From NCBI RefSeq assembly GCF_009914755.1, contig NC_060932.1: a stretch of DNA of 64,000 bases; one strand, given 5' to 3'. The position numbers and the translations under genes were made by a program. Under the pieces are notes generated by a model that worked only from the letters and a program-made list of their open reading frames with translations, searched no databases and had not been told where the DNA came from. Shown piece after piece: positions 1 to 14,189 of the stretch (the first letter of the stretch is position 1; the number at the start of each line of letters is the position of its first letter). This DNA comes from the human T2T-CHM13v2.0 reference genome, Homo sapiens.

Positions 1-1212
1 AGAAAACTGAAACTGGTCCCCTTCCTTACACCTTATACAAAAATTAACTCAAGATGGATTAAAGATTTAAATGTCAGACTCAAAACCATAAAAACCCTAG
101 AAGAAATCCTAGGCAATATCATTCAGGACATAGGCATGGGCAAAGACTTCATGACTAAAACACCAAAAACAATGGCAACAAAAGCCAAAACTGACAAATG
201 GGATCTAATTAAACTAAAGAGCTTCTGCTCAGCAAAAGAAACTATCATCAGAGTGAACAGGCAGCCTTCAGAATGGGAGAAAATTTTTGCCATCTATCCA
301 TCTGACAAAGGGCGAAGATCCAGATTCTACAAGGAACTTAAAGAAAGTTACAAGAAAAAAACAACCCCATCAAAAAGTGGGTGAAGGATATGAACAGACA
401 CTTTTCAAAAGAAAACATTTATGTGGCCAACTAACATGAAAAAAAAGCTCATCACCACTGGTCATTAAAGAAATGCAAATCAAAACCACAATGAGATACC
501 ATCTCATGCCTGTTAGAATGGTGATCATTAAAAAGTCAGGAAACAAGAAATGCTGGAGAAAATGTGGAGAAATAGGAATGCTTTTACACTGCTCGTGGGA
601 GTGTAAATTAGTTCGACCATTGTGGAAGACAGTGTGGTGATTCCTCAAGTATCTAGAACTAGAAATACCATTTGACCCAGCAATCCCATTACTGGGTATA
701 TACCCAAAGGATTATAAATCATTCCACTATAAAGACACATGCACACGCATGTTTATTATAGCACTATTCACAATAGCAAACACTTGGAACCAACCCAAAT
801 GCCCATCAATGTTAGACTGGATAAAGAAAACGTGGCACATATACACCATAAAATACTACGCATCCATAAAAAACAATGAGTTCATGTCCTTTGCAGGGCT
901 TGAAACTGGAAACCATCATTCTCAGCAAACTAACACAGGAACAGAAAATCAAACAGCGCATGTTCTCACTCATAAGTGTGAGTTGAACAATGAAAACATA
1001 TGGGCACAGGGAGAGGAACATTACACATTGGGGCCTGTCGGGGGTTGGAGGGCAAGGGGAGGGACAGCATTAGGAGAAGTACCTAATGTAGATGATGGTT
1101 TAATAGGTGCCGCAAACCACCATGCCGCTTGTATACCTATGTAAAAAACCTGCACATTCTGCACATGTATCCCATAATTTAAAGTATAATAAAAAAAGAA
1201 TAATAAAAGAAA
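1..1212 (+). mobile_element. L1PA (approx. L1PA7/8) 3' end: degenerate ORF2 C-terminus, 3'UTR and A tail; continues beyond the left edge
   Basis: ORF 136-384 [11 protein letters not shown]...[11 protein letters not shown] is L1 ORF2p; Cys-rich remnant HCSWECKLV near 588; 3'UTR ends 'aaagtataataaaaaaa'; frameshifted. Confidence 0.97.
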
Positions 1213-2029
1213 GTGTTCATGTTACCTCTCATGGAATTATTTTGTTTTCAAACTTGGTGCATTTGGTGCAGTGAGGAGAGAGAAGAGAAGAACTTTTTCT
1301 TTTATACATGCTTGCTGTGTACATAGAGATTTCCAAGATATTGAATCTATTTAGATTCAGGAAAGGTGGACCAAACACTTCAGGTAAATTCCTCAGGTTT
1401 TAAAATGATTACTCATTGCTTCACCAGATTCTCTGAAATTTTATCAGCAGTGTGTGCTTTATACAGATGCTTCCTGAAAAGGGGGAGATACTTAGTTTAA
1501 TGCCATGGCTTTTGTTTTGTGCTTACTTCAGTGAGGAATGAGTTAAAATTCATTTTTTAGCCTCATCTGTTTACATTTTTTTCTATGAGCAGATGGCCAG
1601 ATAATTACCTAAATAAGGAGTTACTTTTCTGGAGTTGGCCTGCCAAGATTTACTGTAATACCAAATACAAATGCTATTACAATGAGGAACATTTGGAAGC
1701 TTACATTTGTGTGTCAAAATAGTAAATAATTTGAAAGCTGTATCTTTTATGCATCCTTTTAGGACATGAAGTTTTCAGGAAGAGTTGATAAGGGTAATGC
1801 AAACCAAATAAAGGTAATGAAAACTAAATAATTTTTAAATAATTTTCTGCAGCTCTCCATTCCAGTTTGTTAATACAGAATATCTTCAATTAAAATGTAA
1901 ATGGAATTCATTGCATGAAGCGATCTATCTGGATGATATGTCATCATTGAATAATTTACTAACAGCCACTGAACAATGTCTAAAATAAAGTAGAATCATT
2001 GCTTCATGATTCAAATTATGACATGTTAT

Positions 2030-2430
2030 AATCATTCCTCTTTAGTACTAGATGAATGTGAGCCTGAAAAAGTTTCTTAGCCTTCCAGAGTCTTTGTGTT
2101 CCCATCTACAAAATGAGGAAATGGAAACACATTTCCTCAGGAATACAAGATTCTTTCCTGATCTAAAATTCTGTGACTTTGTTATATCTTGTTTTCTTCT
2201 GCACTACCGATCAAGTAACAGAAGGAAGACTCATTTCAGACTCAGATATGAATTTAAATCTTGCTTTCTCACTTCCTAGCTGTATGTACATGAACAAGAC
2301 ACCTTTGCCTGAGCTACTTCATTTGGAAAAAAATGGAGAACACGTACCTCATGGGATTACGATAAATAAACAAGGAAGTATTTAAAGTTCCAATACTGAT
2401 TCTTCACTTATCAAGTCCTCAATAAGCTGT
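2030..2430 (+). mobile_element. MIR fragments
   Basis: Degenerate MIR cores 'cccatctacaaaatgagga' and 'ctcacttcctagctgtatg...catttggaaaaaaatgg'. Confidence 0.55.
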
Positions 2431-2789
2431 ATTTCTTTTCTTATATTCCATCATTTTAGAATTCTCAAATCTGCCTTTTCTATGAAACCTTCCATCCTCT
2501 CCTCCCAATAGAAAAGACTACAATTCTGGAGAATGTACTAGACGGATGATAAAATATAGATGAGAATTATAGCAGATAAAACATAAAAGACAATTTTCCC
2601 CTCCTCCTGAGTTGTCTTAGTAAAAAGAATGATGGCAGCTCTTGAAGAGAGTTGTCCCTCCTGCTGTTCCCTTTTCCTTTTGTCACTGAGGTCTCACATC
2701 CAGTTTGCTTTTGTAAATGAAATACATCCAAATCACGAGAAAGTGGCATGCTTCCTGTATGATAGAATACCTTTCCTCATTGCTCCTTT

Positions 2790-3530
2790 CCAACAATTTT
2801 TAAATTATTTTTGCTATTGTATATCCCAATTTTTAAAATTAATACCAACATGATTATTTGTTCATTATACAAAATACTAGAAAATAAATAAATGTAAGAC
2901 ATTAAGCATAAACACACCGTCCAGGGAGAGCTACTTTATATAACTTCCTATATTTTCTAACTACATGTAAACATTATGTAAAACGTGTACAAAACAAGAG
3001 TTAATACTATATATTTCTAATGTAAGCATCAGAATAAGTGTTCTATAAAGGCTGGGGTGTGCTTTGCTTTGATATCTGTTTTTCAGTAACATGCTGGACA
3101 CAGGGTACGTACTGGATACCCTTTTAAACTTAGTATATTCCATATATCTTTTTGTGTCAATAAATACAATTCTGCAGCATCACTTTTAATGATCACATAG
3201 TATTCTACAATATAGATAAAATCAAAACTTAATTTATTTCCTACTTTGACTTGTCAGGCTTTCTGTGTTTTGTTCCCCCATAACAGTGTTTTAATCAACA
3301 CCCATGCAAACAAACCTATGCCCCCCTTCTTCTTTCTTCTCAATGATTTTGTTTGGATAAATTCTTAAAAGGAGAGTTGCCAAGTTCAAGTAATCTACTC
3401 ACAATTTAGGGAATCATTACATATTGCCAATTGTTCTCTAAAAGATTATATCAATTTACAATCCAGTCAACTGAGATTGAGCATTTTTCTGCAATTGCAC
3501 GTATAGGTATTATGTTGAAAAATAAAAATA
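2790..3530 (-). mobile_element. Ancient L1M fragment
   Basis: Antisense L1M-like phrases, e.g. 'atattgccaattgttctctaaaagattatatcaatttacaatcc'. Confidence 0.5.
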
Positions 3531-5243
3531 AAAAACACATTTAAAAAGCAAATCATCGCATCCTAAGTGTTGAACGGCAAGAACATCCATTCTTCATGCT
3601 ATGTTACCAGCCCACGACAACTTTCCAAACCCTTTTCCAGATATACAAGATCCTATAACCCAGCGAAGATGCAGTCTCACTAAATCGGTATAAAGAGAGT
3701 TCTGTCTTGTCTTACTAATTTGATTAATTTAGGAGAAATGACAGGAAAGTTCATATAAATTGTCCATTGACATTCACATGAATTCTCTCACTTTGACATT
3801 TTACCATTCTACGTCAGTATCACTTTCAGTAAATAATGTTTTACATGCAGATAGTTTTACAATGCCCATTTAAATTAATTCTAAACTGTTATGAAATCCA
3901 TAAAAACCCTTGTGGAACATTTGTAGCTTGTACAGTAGTCTCCCATTATGGAATCAAATGTGAAATGTCTGTGTGGGAGCTGTTTTCCTAAGGTAAATAG
4001 ATTATTATTTATATCTCTAGGTGCAAATGCTTTTAAATAACCAGAACATACAGCATCTGAATATGCCCTTACATAATTTTCACAGCTGCTGCATTCTTGT
4101 CAGTGCACTGTCATGGTGAAGCTTTGATGCTTTGATCTGAGTTTGACCCCTGGCCATGATTCTTGCTTGTGTTTTTATCATCCACTCTTAATGTGAACAA
4201 TAAATCTGATAATATCCAGTAGTGCTTCCTTATGTTCTCTGACTTTGACATTCAGAAAAATCATTAATGCTGCTTCCACTGTGTCTACATCTCCATACTT
4301 GTGATTTTCTTCCCCTTTGAAGATATTTTAGAATACATAGTCCTGGAAGTCCAGGACCAATGACTTTGTATTTTCTGTATTGCATAGTGCTCCGCTTTGT
4401 ACTTGCCGTATTGCATAGAGCTCAATTTGATATGATCAAATGATGATTACCAAGAGCTTTAGATATGATTTCACTTTTTATGAAGTAACCAACATGAACG
4501 ATTAGGAAGGAGCCTGAGTGATAGGGTGAAATTGGAGGGGAGAAAATGGAGAATTTAGAAAGATTAAGTAACAGAAACTCTATCTCAAATTGATATAAAT
4601 AATAAGAGAAGTTCACAGGCACATGTGCCTGAAGTACAGAGGTCAGCTGACTTGAGACTGTTCTCTCTTCTGAAATGGTGCAAGAAGAACCCTTTTCCAT
4701 CCTGTGAGAAGGACCCTTTTTCATGCTGTCTTCATTTCCTGACTCTGCTTCCTTCATGCTGACTCCATTTTGTGCAGGCTTCCTACCTCATTGTCCCCAG
4801 ATGCCTGTCTTGTTGACATTCAGGTTTCTTCCTGATTAAGCTGTCCAATCTAAATAGCCAACATTCTACTGTGAACAGTTGGGAACTTGAATCTCATACC
4901 TGCTATCTTATTCACATTCAGCAAACAAGAGCACAGGTTTTTCACTCTCTAACAAAATTACTGAGTTTTGACCTAAACAAATCACCCTAGAGCACTTGCC
5001 CATTCTATACCAGTAATGCAGCTTGGTATGGGGTCATGCCAATTAGCTTAGACTTGAGTCAAAGATTCTAATTCAGAGGTCAAGCCAGCTACCCTTGAAG
5101 CACACGGGACACATTGTTCCAAAGAGTTGGAACCAGTAAACAAATGGAAGTGCTACCACCAAGAGCAAGAGGAATATATGCTAGGTGGCCAAAAAGGCAG
5201 ATATCCACCAAGGTAGCTACAACTAAATGGAAACATTGGGTTT

Positions 5244-5622
5244 TACATTAGTTAGTTCGGGCTGCTGTAACAAAATATCATAGACTGGTGGTTTAAACCA
5301 GAGAAATGTATTTTCTCACAATCTGAAGTCTGGAAATCAGAGATCAGGGTGCCAGTGTGGTTGGGTTCTTGTGAAGGCTCTCTTCCTGGCTTGTAGACAG
5401 CTGCTTTTTCACTGTGTTCTTACATGAGAAAGAGAGACAGAGAGAGAGAAAGCTCTGTGGTACCTCTCTGGTGCCCATCATGAAGGCCTGACCCTCATGA
5501 CCTCAACTAAACCTAATTATATTTCAAAGATTCCTTCCTTAAATACCATTGCCCTGGGAGCTAGGGCTTCAACATATGAACTGGGTGGCGGCCAGGGGTG
5601 TGGCATAATTCACTCCACAGCA
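5244..5622 (-). mobile_element. MLT1A/MLT1A0 MaLR LTR (3' LTR)
   Basis: 'ttcgggctgctgtaacaaaatatcatagactgg...gggcttcaacatatgaa...ccacagca'; adjacent purine tract (plus strand 'ttcctcccc'). Confidence 0.85.
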
Positions 5623-6935
5623 TTCCTCCCCTGACCTTCCAAAATTCATGTCCTTCTTGCATGCAAAATATATTTATTCCATCCCAACAGCCCCCAAATT
5701 ATTAACTCATTCCAAGATCAACTCTAATGTCCAAAGTCTTATCTAACTCTCATGTAAATCATAGGGGTGAGATACAGGTGAGACTAGAAGTCGAATTCAT
5801 CCTGAAGCAAAATTGCTTTCCAGCTATAAACCTGTGACACCAGACAAGTTATGCACTTCTAAAACACAAGAGTGGGCAGGCATAGAATAGACATTCCCAT
5901 TCCAAAAGAGGAAAAAAAACAGGAAAGAAGGAAGGCATGATGGGTCCCAAGCAAGTCCAAAATGTAGCAAGGCAAATATCATCAGATCTTAAGGCTCAAA
6001 AATAGTCCTCTTTGGTTTGATGCTCTGCCCTCCAGGTAGAGATGGCAATGTCACTCCCATGACTTGATGGGGTAGCCCTGCCCATTTGGCCTGGGATTGC
6101 TGCCCCTGTGGCTCTCTGCAGGGTCCCCACTCTTTCAAATGGAATAAGAAACAACTCTTCCCCCTCTGCCTGTGATGGGAGTGGCAGCCCTGGTGATTTC
6201 GGAATCACCTTCAATATCATCCTTCTCTTTTCTTGAAGAATAGTGCATTTTCACAACCAAATAACTCAATGGTTCCATCCTATAGATTCCAAAAAGTCTG
6301 ACAGCCTTCCTTCATTTTACCTAGCTTCCATCCCTTCAGTTCAAACTGGTAATGACCCCTATGGTATAATCTGATCTATATTTCTGGCTTCCGCTGGGAT
6401 GGCTGATTAAATCCATTGTTTTCACCATCTCTTTATCAAGTTGTTTTTAGGCCACATGTTTAGTGTTCTCTTCAGAAAAAGCTTTCTCAATTTTTCACAA
6501 TATAGGTAGCCTGAAAATCTTCCAAATATCCAAGCTCTTGCATCTATGCTTAAAAATTGCTTCTACAATTTATTTCTCTCTTCTTGCATTTTACTGTTAG
6601 CAGTAAGGAGGACCCAAGCCCTACCTTTGATATTTTGCTTGGAAATCTCGTCTGCTGAACACTGAATTTCATCACATGCAAGTTCTAACTTTCACAAAAC
6701 CCTAGAACAAAATTCAGCCAAGATTTTTTTTGCTTCTACATGACAAAAACTGCTCTTTCTCTAGTATCCAATAACGTTTTCTTCATGTCTGTCTAAGACA
6801 TCACTAGAATCACCCTTTACATCTACATTCCTGCTATGCATCTCAAAATTCTTCCAGCCTCTACCCATTGCTCAGTTCCAAAACCACTTCCACGTGTTTA
6901 AGTATTTGTTACAGCAGCCCCTTCTTATTAGTACA
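5623..6935 (-). mobile_element. MaLR internal sequence (MLT1A-int-like)
   Basis: 'aaaattcatgtccttcttgcatgcaaaata...ccatcccaacagccccca' through 'cagttccaaaaccacttccac...cagcagcccc'. Confidence 0.8.
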
Positions 6936-6939
6936 GAAT

Positions 6940-7415
6940 CTATTATAAGGAATTGGCTAATGGAATTATGAAGGCTGAGAACTCCCAAGATCTGTAGTCA
7001 AGCAAGCCAATGGAGACCCAGGAGAGCTGATGTGTAGTTCCAGTCTGAGATCAAAGGCATGGGAACCATGATGGTGTAAGTTCTAGTCCACAGTTATTAC
7101 ACTGGAGACTTAAGAAAACTGGGTGTTTCAGTCAGAGTCTGAAAGCCAGAAAAGATTATTATCCCAGCTCAAGCAGTCAGGCAAGAGGGGTTCCCTTTTA
7201 CTAAATCTTTTTGTTGTATTCAAGTCCTCAAATGATAGGATGACGTCCATCCACGTTAGCAAGGGCAATATGGTTTACTCAGCCTATCAATTTAAATGTG
7301 AAATTCATCAAGAACCACCCCACCCCTGCCCCACCACAGACATACACAGAATAATGTTTGGCCAAATGTCTGGGCACCCCATGGCTCAGTCAAGTTGACA
7401 CCTACAATTAACCAT

Positions 7416-7419
<4 letters not shown>
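6940..7419 (-). mobile_element. MLT2B-like ERVL LTR (partial)
   Basis: 'tattataaggaattggct...gaaggctgagaactcccaagatctg' and terminus 'gtcaagttgacacctacaattaaccatcaca'. Confidence 0.85.

Positions 7420-7420
<1 letters not shown>

Positions 7421-7453
<33 letters not shown>
7421..7453. repeat. (CA)n microsatellite
   Basis: About 16 CA units. Confidence 0.98.
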
Positions 7454-7458
<5 letters not shown>

Positions 7459-8247
7459 AGCTTGAAGTGTGTGTTATACTTTCAGGAATTAAATTCAAGG
7501 AAGAGTTTATTGAGTGAAATGCCAAAAGCAGAGATGCTGTATTCAGTAATGATTCTGCTAAAAAAGCTCAGAAACACTGGTCAAATACTGACTTTTTGTA
7601 TACATATTTGTTTTAATTTAATGAAAGACATGATTTGAAGAATCTAGACTAGATTGCTAATATATCCATTAGTTCTTCAAATAAAGCCATTGTAAATGCT
7701 TGAGCAGTATTATATTGCTGTGACTTCATGTTTAAGTTCTCTAAGAAGGGACTGTAGTGCAGCATTTTAAGATAAGTAAAGCAAGATGTCTTTATGCTTA
7801 AGATGTCTGATCTGAAGTACCCAGATTTCTACTGTGAAGACTTGAGAATCTAATTTTTATTTGGACACTAGAATGGGAAACCATGTAACCTAAAAGTATT
7901 CACAACATTTTCTCAATAAATAAATTCCTTGAATGTTCTCCATCAGTTGATTCTGGGCCATGTGGCATTTAATGGGTAATTTTTAATTCAAAAAAAAAAA
8001 GAAAGCATTCATTCTTAGAAGAAATTTAGATGGCTTCTGAGACATCTGGTTTCAAGTAGCATGGCACTCTGCACTCGCAAACTGCTATATTAATTGGCCT
8101 ACAGAATGGGCTATTTAAGATTAGCTATTTAAATGTTGGGAAATGGCTACTAAATATAGTGATTTTAGTTTGGGGGTAATTAATGGTAACTTAATATTCT
8201 AAGAATAATAACAAAATCCAGCTGCTTCTGCCAGATAGAAGCAGTAA

Positions 8248-8690
8248 CAGTTAGGATACTAATTTGCTCCTATAAAAAAGCCCCAAAATGTTTATTTTTG
8301 TCTCACACAACAGTCTGAAGATAAGTAACCTCCTGGGCAGATTTTTTGGTATCAAAGGTAGATTCTCCTAATTCCTCTGGCTTCCTTAATATTCAACTCC
8401 CATCTCTAGGTCTAAAAAGCCTTTGCTGGTAACTTCTCTCCCACTCCAACATCTGCCAGTGGAAAAAAAGGGGGGAAATGAAGGATGGACACAGAACCCT
8501 CCTTGTAGAAACATGACCCAAATGTTGCCACATCACTTCTGTTTATCTCTCATTGGCCACAAACATGGCCACACCTAGCACTAAGTAAGTCTAGGAGATA
8601 AGATCCTTTACTGGACAGCATTGGGCACAGTTAAACCCTGTATCTTCATAGAAAAAGGTGAGTATAGACAGTAGGGAGAAAGCAAGAAGG
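8248..8690 (-). mobile_element. Old MaLR LTR (MLT1I/J-like)
   Basis: 'catcacttctgtttatctctcattggccac...catggccacacctagc'. Confidence 0.6.
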
Positions 8691-8919
8691 CTTTGGCACA
8701 GACCCTCTGAAGGACAGGGGCTATGCCCCATCCACCAAAGCTAAGTAAGGGGCATCTGTCCAGATCTCCCAGTAAGTGTGCCAGGTTGTCCAAATAGAAA
8801 TAACCATGGAAAGAACATAAGATTCTTATACACTTATGAAAATAGTGCTTCTAATGCAGCTTACCATGACTTCTAGATTCCAGCATGTAAAAAATTATAA
8901 CATGTACTCTTTACTTCTG

Positions 8920-9560
8920 ATATTTTTGAATGCCCATTTTTAAAAAGTTTGGGAAATACTAAAAATAAATAAAGAAGATGACAATCAACTACAATTCCGT
9001 TAGCCAGAGATAACCATTAAGTTATCTTTAGTTGGTTTTTTATGGCTTTTCTCCATGTGACTTTTCATTTACATAATTGGACTCAGTTTTGCATTATTTA
9101 TCCTGATATTAATAATATACATTTTTCTCACACCATTAAAATGTGATTCTCAATATCATTTTACATTTGCGTTAATTTAACCTGTAGAAGTTCCAGAATT
9201 TTTTCAACATATTACTGATGTTAGATGCTTAGAGTTTCCAGTCTTTATTAGTATTAATAATGCTACTATCATCATCTTTATGCATAAATTTTATCTGATT
9301 TTGTATTTATTAATATAGAATCTTAAAGGTGAAATAAGCTCAAATGGTAGGGAAATTTTAAAGGCTCTTAATCTATATTGCTAAATCACTTTCCAAAAAG
9401 TGTTGTGAAAATTTCTTCTTAAACTAATTCTACTAGTTTTTTTCATATCACCCTCACTAGCATTATTACAATTAAATAAATTTGACTCAGTTAATTAAAT
9501 GAAAATGGACATTCACAGCCCCTTGATGACTGATGAGACCTCCTATGGTTTCACATGTAC
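8920..9560 (-). mobile_element. Ancient L1ME-like fragment
   Basis: 'atattgctaaatcactttccaaaaag', 'ccctcactagcatt', 'agagataaccatt'. Confidence 0.5.
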
Positions 9561-10054
9561 CAGCAATGTTACCATGATTAAATTCTCATATTTTGATCAT
9601 GTATTCATTTCTTGTTTTAATGCAAATATGAACAGTCCTGCCTGTGTTAAGCATGAAGGCAGGTACAAAGTAAATGAAGATATCTCATTTAATGACCCCT
9701 ACATTTAATGATATACAATTAATTTAATGATAGCAATCAACTTGATCCATCCAAGAACCTTGAAGAATATATTAAAAAAAAAAAAAGAGAAAGGGGCTTG
9801 AATTACTGATTACTGAAATAAATGACACCTCACTTATGTGCCAAAGCTCATGCAGTTTTCTCAGAAGGAAAGACTTTAAATTCTTATTTCAAAGCACATT
9901 AATTCTTAACCTAGATAAAATCCTAACACATTTGATTATATGATTTTCAAATACGTGGCAGATTAAAAACAGCAAAGTAGAAAGGAGCAGCAGACACATT
10001 AACAACAAATAATGGTCACTGAGAAAATGACAAAGAGAAGAGATAGAAATGTTT

Positions 10055-10057
<3 letters not shown>

Positions 10058-10094
<37 letters not shown>
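10058..10094. repeat. (CA)n microsatellite
   Basis: About 18 CA units. Confidence 0.98.
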
Positions 10095-10097
<3 letters not shown>

Positions 10098-11197
10098 CCC
10101 TGAAATTATGTTTTTTAAAATGGTGATGTTTTTAATAATAACAGAGTTTAAGTAAATTATAGCTCATCTATTCAAAGATTATTAAGAAGTCCTTATATTA
10201 TTTTTACAAGAACTTTTAATGTCACAGAAAAAAATCACTTTTATACTAAGAGGGAAAGCTGGATATAACTTTGCAGATAGAATTTAATTACAAATATGGT
10301 TTTAAATAGTTGAAGAGATATCCTGGAAGTACTGTTCTTAGGAACAGTAAGATTATTTTCTGTATCTCGTAAATTTTCTAAAATGTATATGATGTATTAC
10401 CTTAATAAAGAAAATTAACTTTATGTTATTTTTAGAATAACATTCTGGAAATTTTAGGAGTAGAAATTATTCTTTTGTATATTACTAACAAATAGAATTA
10501 TACAATTATTTGTGCTTATAATGGTAGCACAGTTATTCAAAAAAAAAAAAAAAAAAAAGAAAACATCAAATAGAGCCACAGGCTTTATTGCAGAAGACCT
10601 GGGAAAGTTATCTGTTGTTGAAGATTTTTATCCAAAGTAAAAATAAATGTACAGTCTATGTAACATGTAAAGGTAAACAACAGAAATTCAAAACTCATAG
10701 TTAGGGGTGATTTTAAAAATCATTATTTAGGCATTGGTCTTTTGAGGATGTCTCTTGAGTAATATTTAAATTATTTGTTTTATAAAATAATGATCATAGT
10801 GACTATGATGGCATTAGAAAGAAAATTCTCAAATTCAGTAAGTCAAACATCATCACATATTTAGTGTGCTCATGCTGTGTAAATACTGAAAACACTATAG
10901 AAAGTAAAATTACATTTCAAGCTGGTAGAATCCCAACAATTTTAATCAAAATATTTTTAAATTTTATATACACTCATCTTGCATATGAGAGTGGCATGTT
11001 TATGTAAATTGTTTTTGTAGTATCTCTTAATTCGAACTTTTTTGTTTCTATTTTGTAGGAGTAACTTTCAACTACCTTTACTTCGAAGAATTTATAGTAT
11101 TTTCCAGAAAATTATTAAATGTATGAGCTTTAATAATAGTCATCGGCAGACTTTCTAAACTAACATGAACAATTAAACTACAGTATTTGCTCCATGA

Positions 11198-11763
<566 letters not shown>

Positions 11764-11854
11764 AAAGCTACCCTTTTCTGTTCAGCCTCAGGATGCTGGG
11801 GCTGAGTTCCTGCAACCCAAGTTTCTGCTTTGCCAGCAGCCACCTGCTAGGCCC

Positions 11855-11871
11855 TGCCAGTAGGGGGCTCC
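11855..11871 (+). promoter_or_regulatory. CTCF-like motif
   Basis: CCAGTAGGGGGCTC versus CCASYAGRKGGCRS (1 mismatch). Confidence 0.45.
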
Positions 11872-12121
11872 AGAAGGAAGCTGCAAGGCCGGAACTGGGA
11901 GGAGGAATTCACTTCAGGTACGCTTGTAGTTCCTGTATCTCCTCTCCAGCTACCCTTCCTTGCTGTGGCAACAAGGGTTCATTCCAGCAGCAACTACTGA
12001 ATTCAGTTTGCAGTTTTTCTAACATTTGCAGAACCAGCTCCATTGTACCCTGCTCTTCAGAGACGCCAGCATTAGTTGGCCGGTGCCCCTTTGTAGAAAT
12101 CTGGGTTATGGCTTCACAGGG

Positions 12122-12260
12122 CTAGGGGTGTCACATTTAACATAAAATTATGGGAAACCCAATTTCAATCTCAGGTAAACAATGAATAAACATTTAGTAT
12201 AAGTATGTTTCCCGATATTGCATATTTAACTGTGCTTACTGTATTTTATCAGCAGCCATG
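12122..12260. mobile_element. MER53-like hAT MITE (internally deleted)
   Basis: 'ctaggggtgtcacattt...aacaatgaataaacatttagtataagtatg...gtattttatcagcagcc'. Confidence 0.6.
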
Positions 12261-13649
12261 TGCAGGGTTCCTTCTCTAAGCTTCTGTATTTTAATAATTC
12301 CAACTATTTCCCTTTGCTGCCTAGCCCCTGAGTCAGTAGCTGTTTTCTGCTATTGCTTTCTTTGTGATAACTTAGTGTCATCAACTTGATACCTCCATTA
12401 TTCTTTATATTCTGTCCTGTCTCCTGACTACATTGATTGATACAGTAGAGTTTTTTAAAGCAGATACTGGGATTTGACAAGATAATTTTCCTACCAGTTA
12501 ATATTCCTGTGTATAAGTTAACAGGGATACTCATATGGTAACTCTGATAGAAGCTATCCAAACTTTAACTTGCGAGTAAATGAGTTCATATACATAATAT
12601 TTGTAGTTCTATGTGGTTCAGAGACATAAGTCATAGTAAATTCTTGTGCATAGCATATCTCCTTTATCAACATTTTAAGGAATTAAGGACTTACTATGTA
12701 TACTGTGTGTGTCATTGTAAAATTGTGACAGGAGGACAAGAAGAAAAACAATTTACAGATTTAATGTGGTTGTAAAATACAATTATTAATTTGTAAAATA
12801 GATTAATTTCTAGTCCACTTGCATCTGAGTTCTAGACTCTGGGCACTAAATTCATTACTTGGCAAAATAGTCAGCACACCTGGTTATATATTCATCAGCT
12901 CAGTGGTATTTACATGGTGTTTGCATTGCTCTTATCAAGTTTATCCAGGCTTCCCATTTACTCTTTACCCTATTCCCACCCTGTTCCCAGCCTGTTCCAA
13001 CCACTGCTATAGTGGCATCTTTGACTTTAGTGACCACCTAGGTAACCTCACTTTTTCTTTTTTTTTTTTTTTTTTTTTGCCTAGTATGAAAATATACCCA
13101 ATACCACCTTCTTTATTGCTGACTGGGAATGTCCTCTCAAAGCTCCTAAAATTCTTGACTGTCTCCTTTTTTGCCTTTCTCTAGCTGGACTATTTTGATT
13201 ATACCCTTCTGAACTGACTCTGGGTTTCTGGCTTGCCTTGGGCCACATTTCTGGCTTACAGTTTGGGTTTCATTGTAATTCCCTATTTATGGCTGTAGTT
13301 GGTTGTACAGTGTTCACTTCAAACCCGTCACTTCCTGCCTGAAATCCTGTAATTGCTAGTGTTTGACATTCGAAACTCCTGATCCCTGATTTGCCTCAAA
13401 CTTCTGGCTCTCCTGTGTGTCCTTTCATCTTACCTGAGGCCCTGGATTAGCTCTGGCCTTGCTGCTTTCCAGGCCTGCTGAAATAAATGAGCAAGCTATT
13501 TCTAGCTAAATAAAATGAGCTAGAAAGAATAGACTGAACTGAGAGAATTAGGTGACTTTCTGCATGTCTGATTATCTACGAGAGTGCAGGGAAGGATGTT
13601 GCAAAGCCTTGGGACTGAGCTTGCTGGCTCTGGAGCACTTCCTTGCCTC

Positions 13650-13850
13650 ATCTCATGCACTGCTCATGAGAACCCCATAGGGTAGGCATCACCCTTTCAC
13701 CATCCAGACTTAAGAAAGAAAGATTAAAGCTTAGAAAGGTTACATAACTTGTCCAAAAGCACATAGTAGCTAAGGAGGGGAGCCAGGAATTAAATTCAAG
13801 CTGTTTCTGGTCCCACTTTTTTTTTTTAATCACTATGCTATATATGCTTG
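13650..13850 (-). mobile_element. MIR
   Basis: 'agaaaggttacataacttgtccaaaagcacatagtagc...ccaggaattaaattcaagc'. Confidence 0.75.
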
Positions 13851-14189
13851 ATTTCATATAATTGAGCCCTCACAATCTGTCTAGTTCTTCAATTCAGTGA
13901 GTTTTGGGGTAGTAATGATTGGTTTCAAGTCCAAAAAGTTTCACTGGTCTCATGGCAGCAGAGCAAATGCTTTTATCATCCTAGGCTCACAGCAGAAGCA
14001 TGTGCATTCTGATTGACCACACACTTCCCGCCAGCTGCATAAAATCACTATTCATGATTTAGATTGGAAAGCATACTGATGGCCAGCATTTTCTTCCTGT
14101 GTATGATTGACTGGCAGCTGTGACTCTAAATGCACAGAACTATAGGCATGAGAATAATTTCAACAAGTATCCTTTAAAGCATTATGTCT

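Noticed and set aside
136-1144. ORFs with L1 ORF2p similarity as functional CDS
   Set aside because: Frameshifted fragments of a dead L1PA
4340-4423. Short palindrome gtcctgga-ag-tccaggac and nearby 16-bp near-duplication
   Set aside because: Too short to exceed chance expectation in 64 kb
11059-11120. Possible exon after the strong acceptor ttttgtag
   Set aside because: Weak donor (aat|gtatga) and no recognisable peptide
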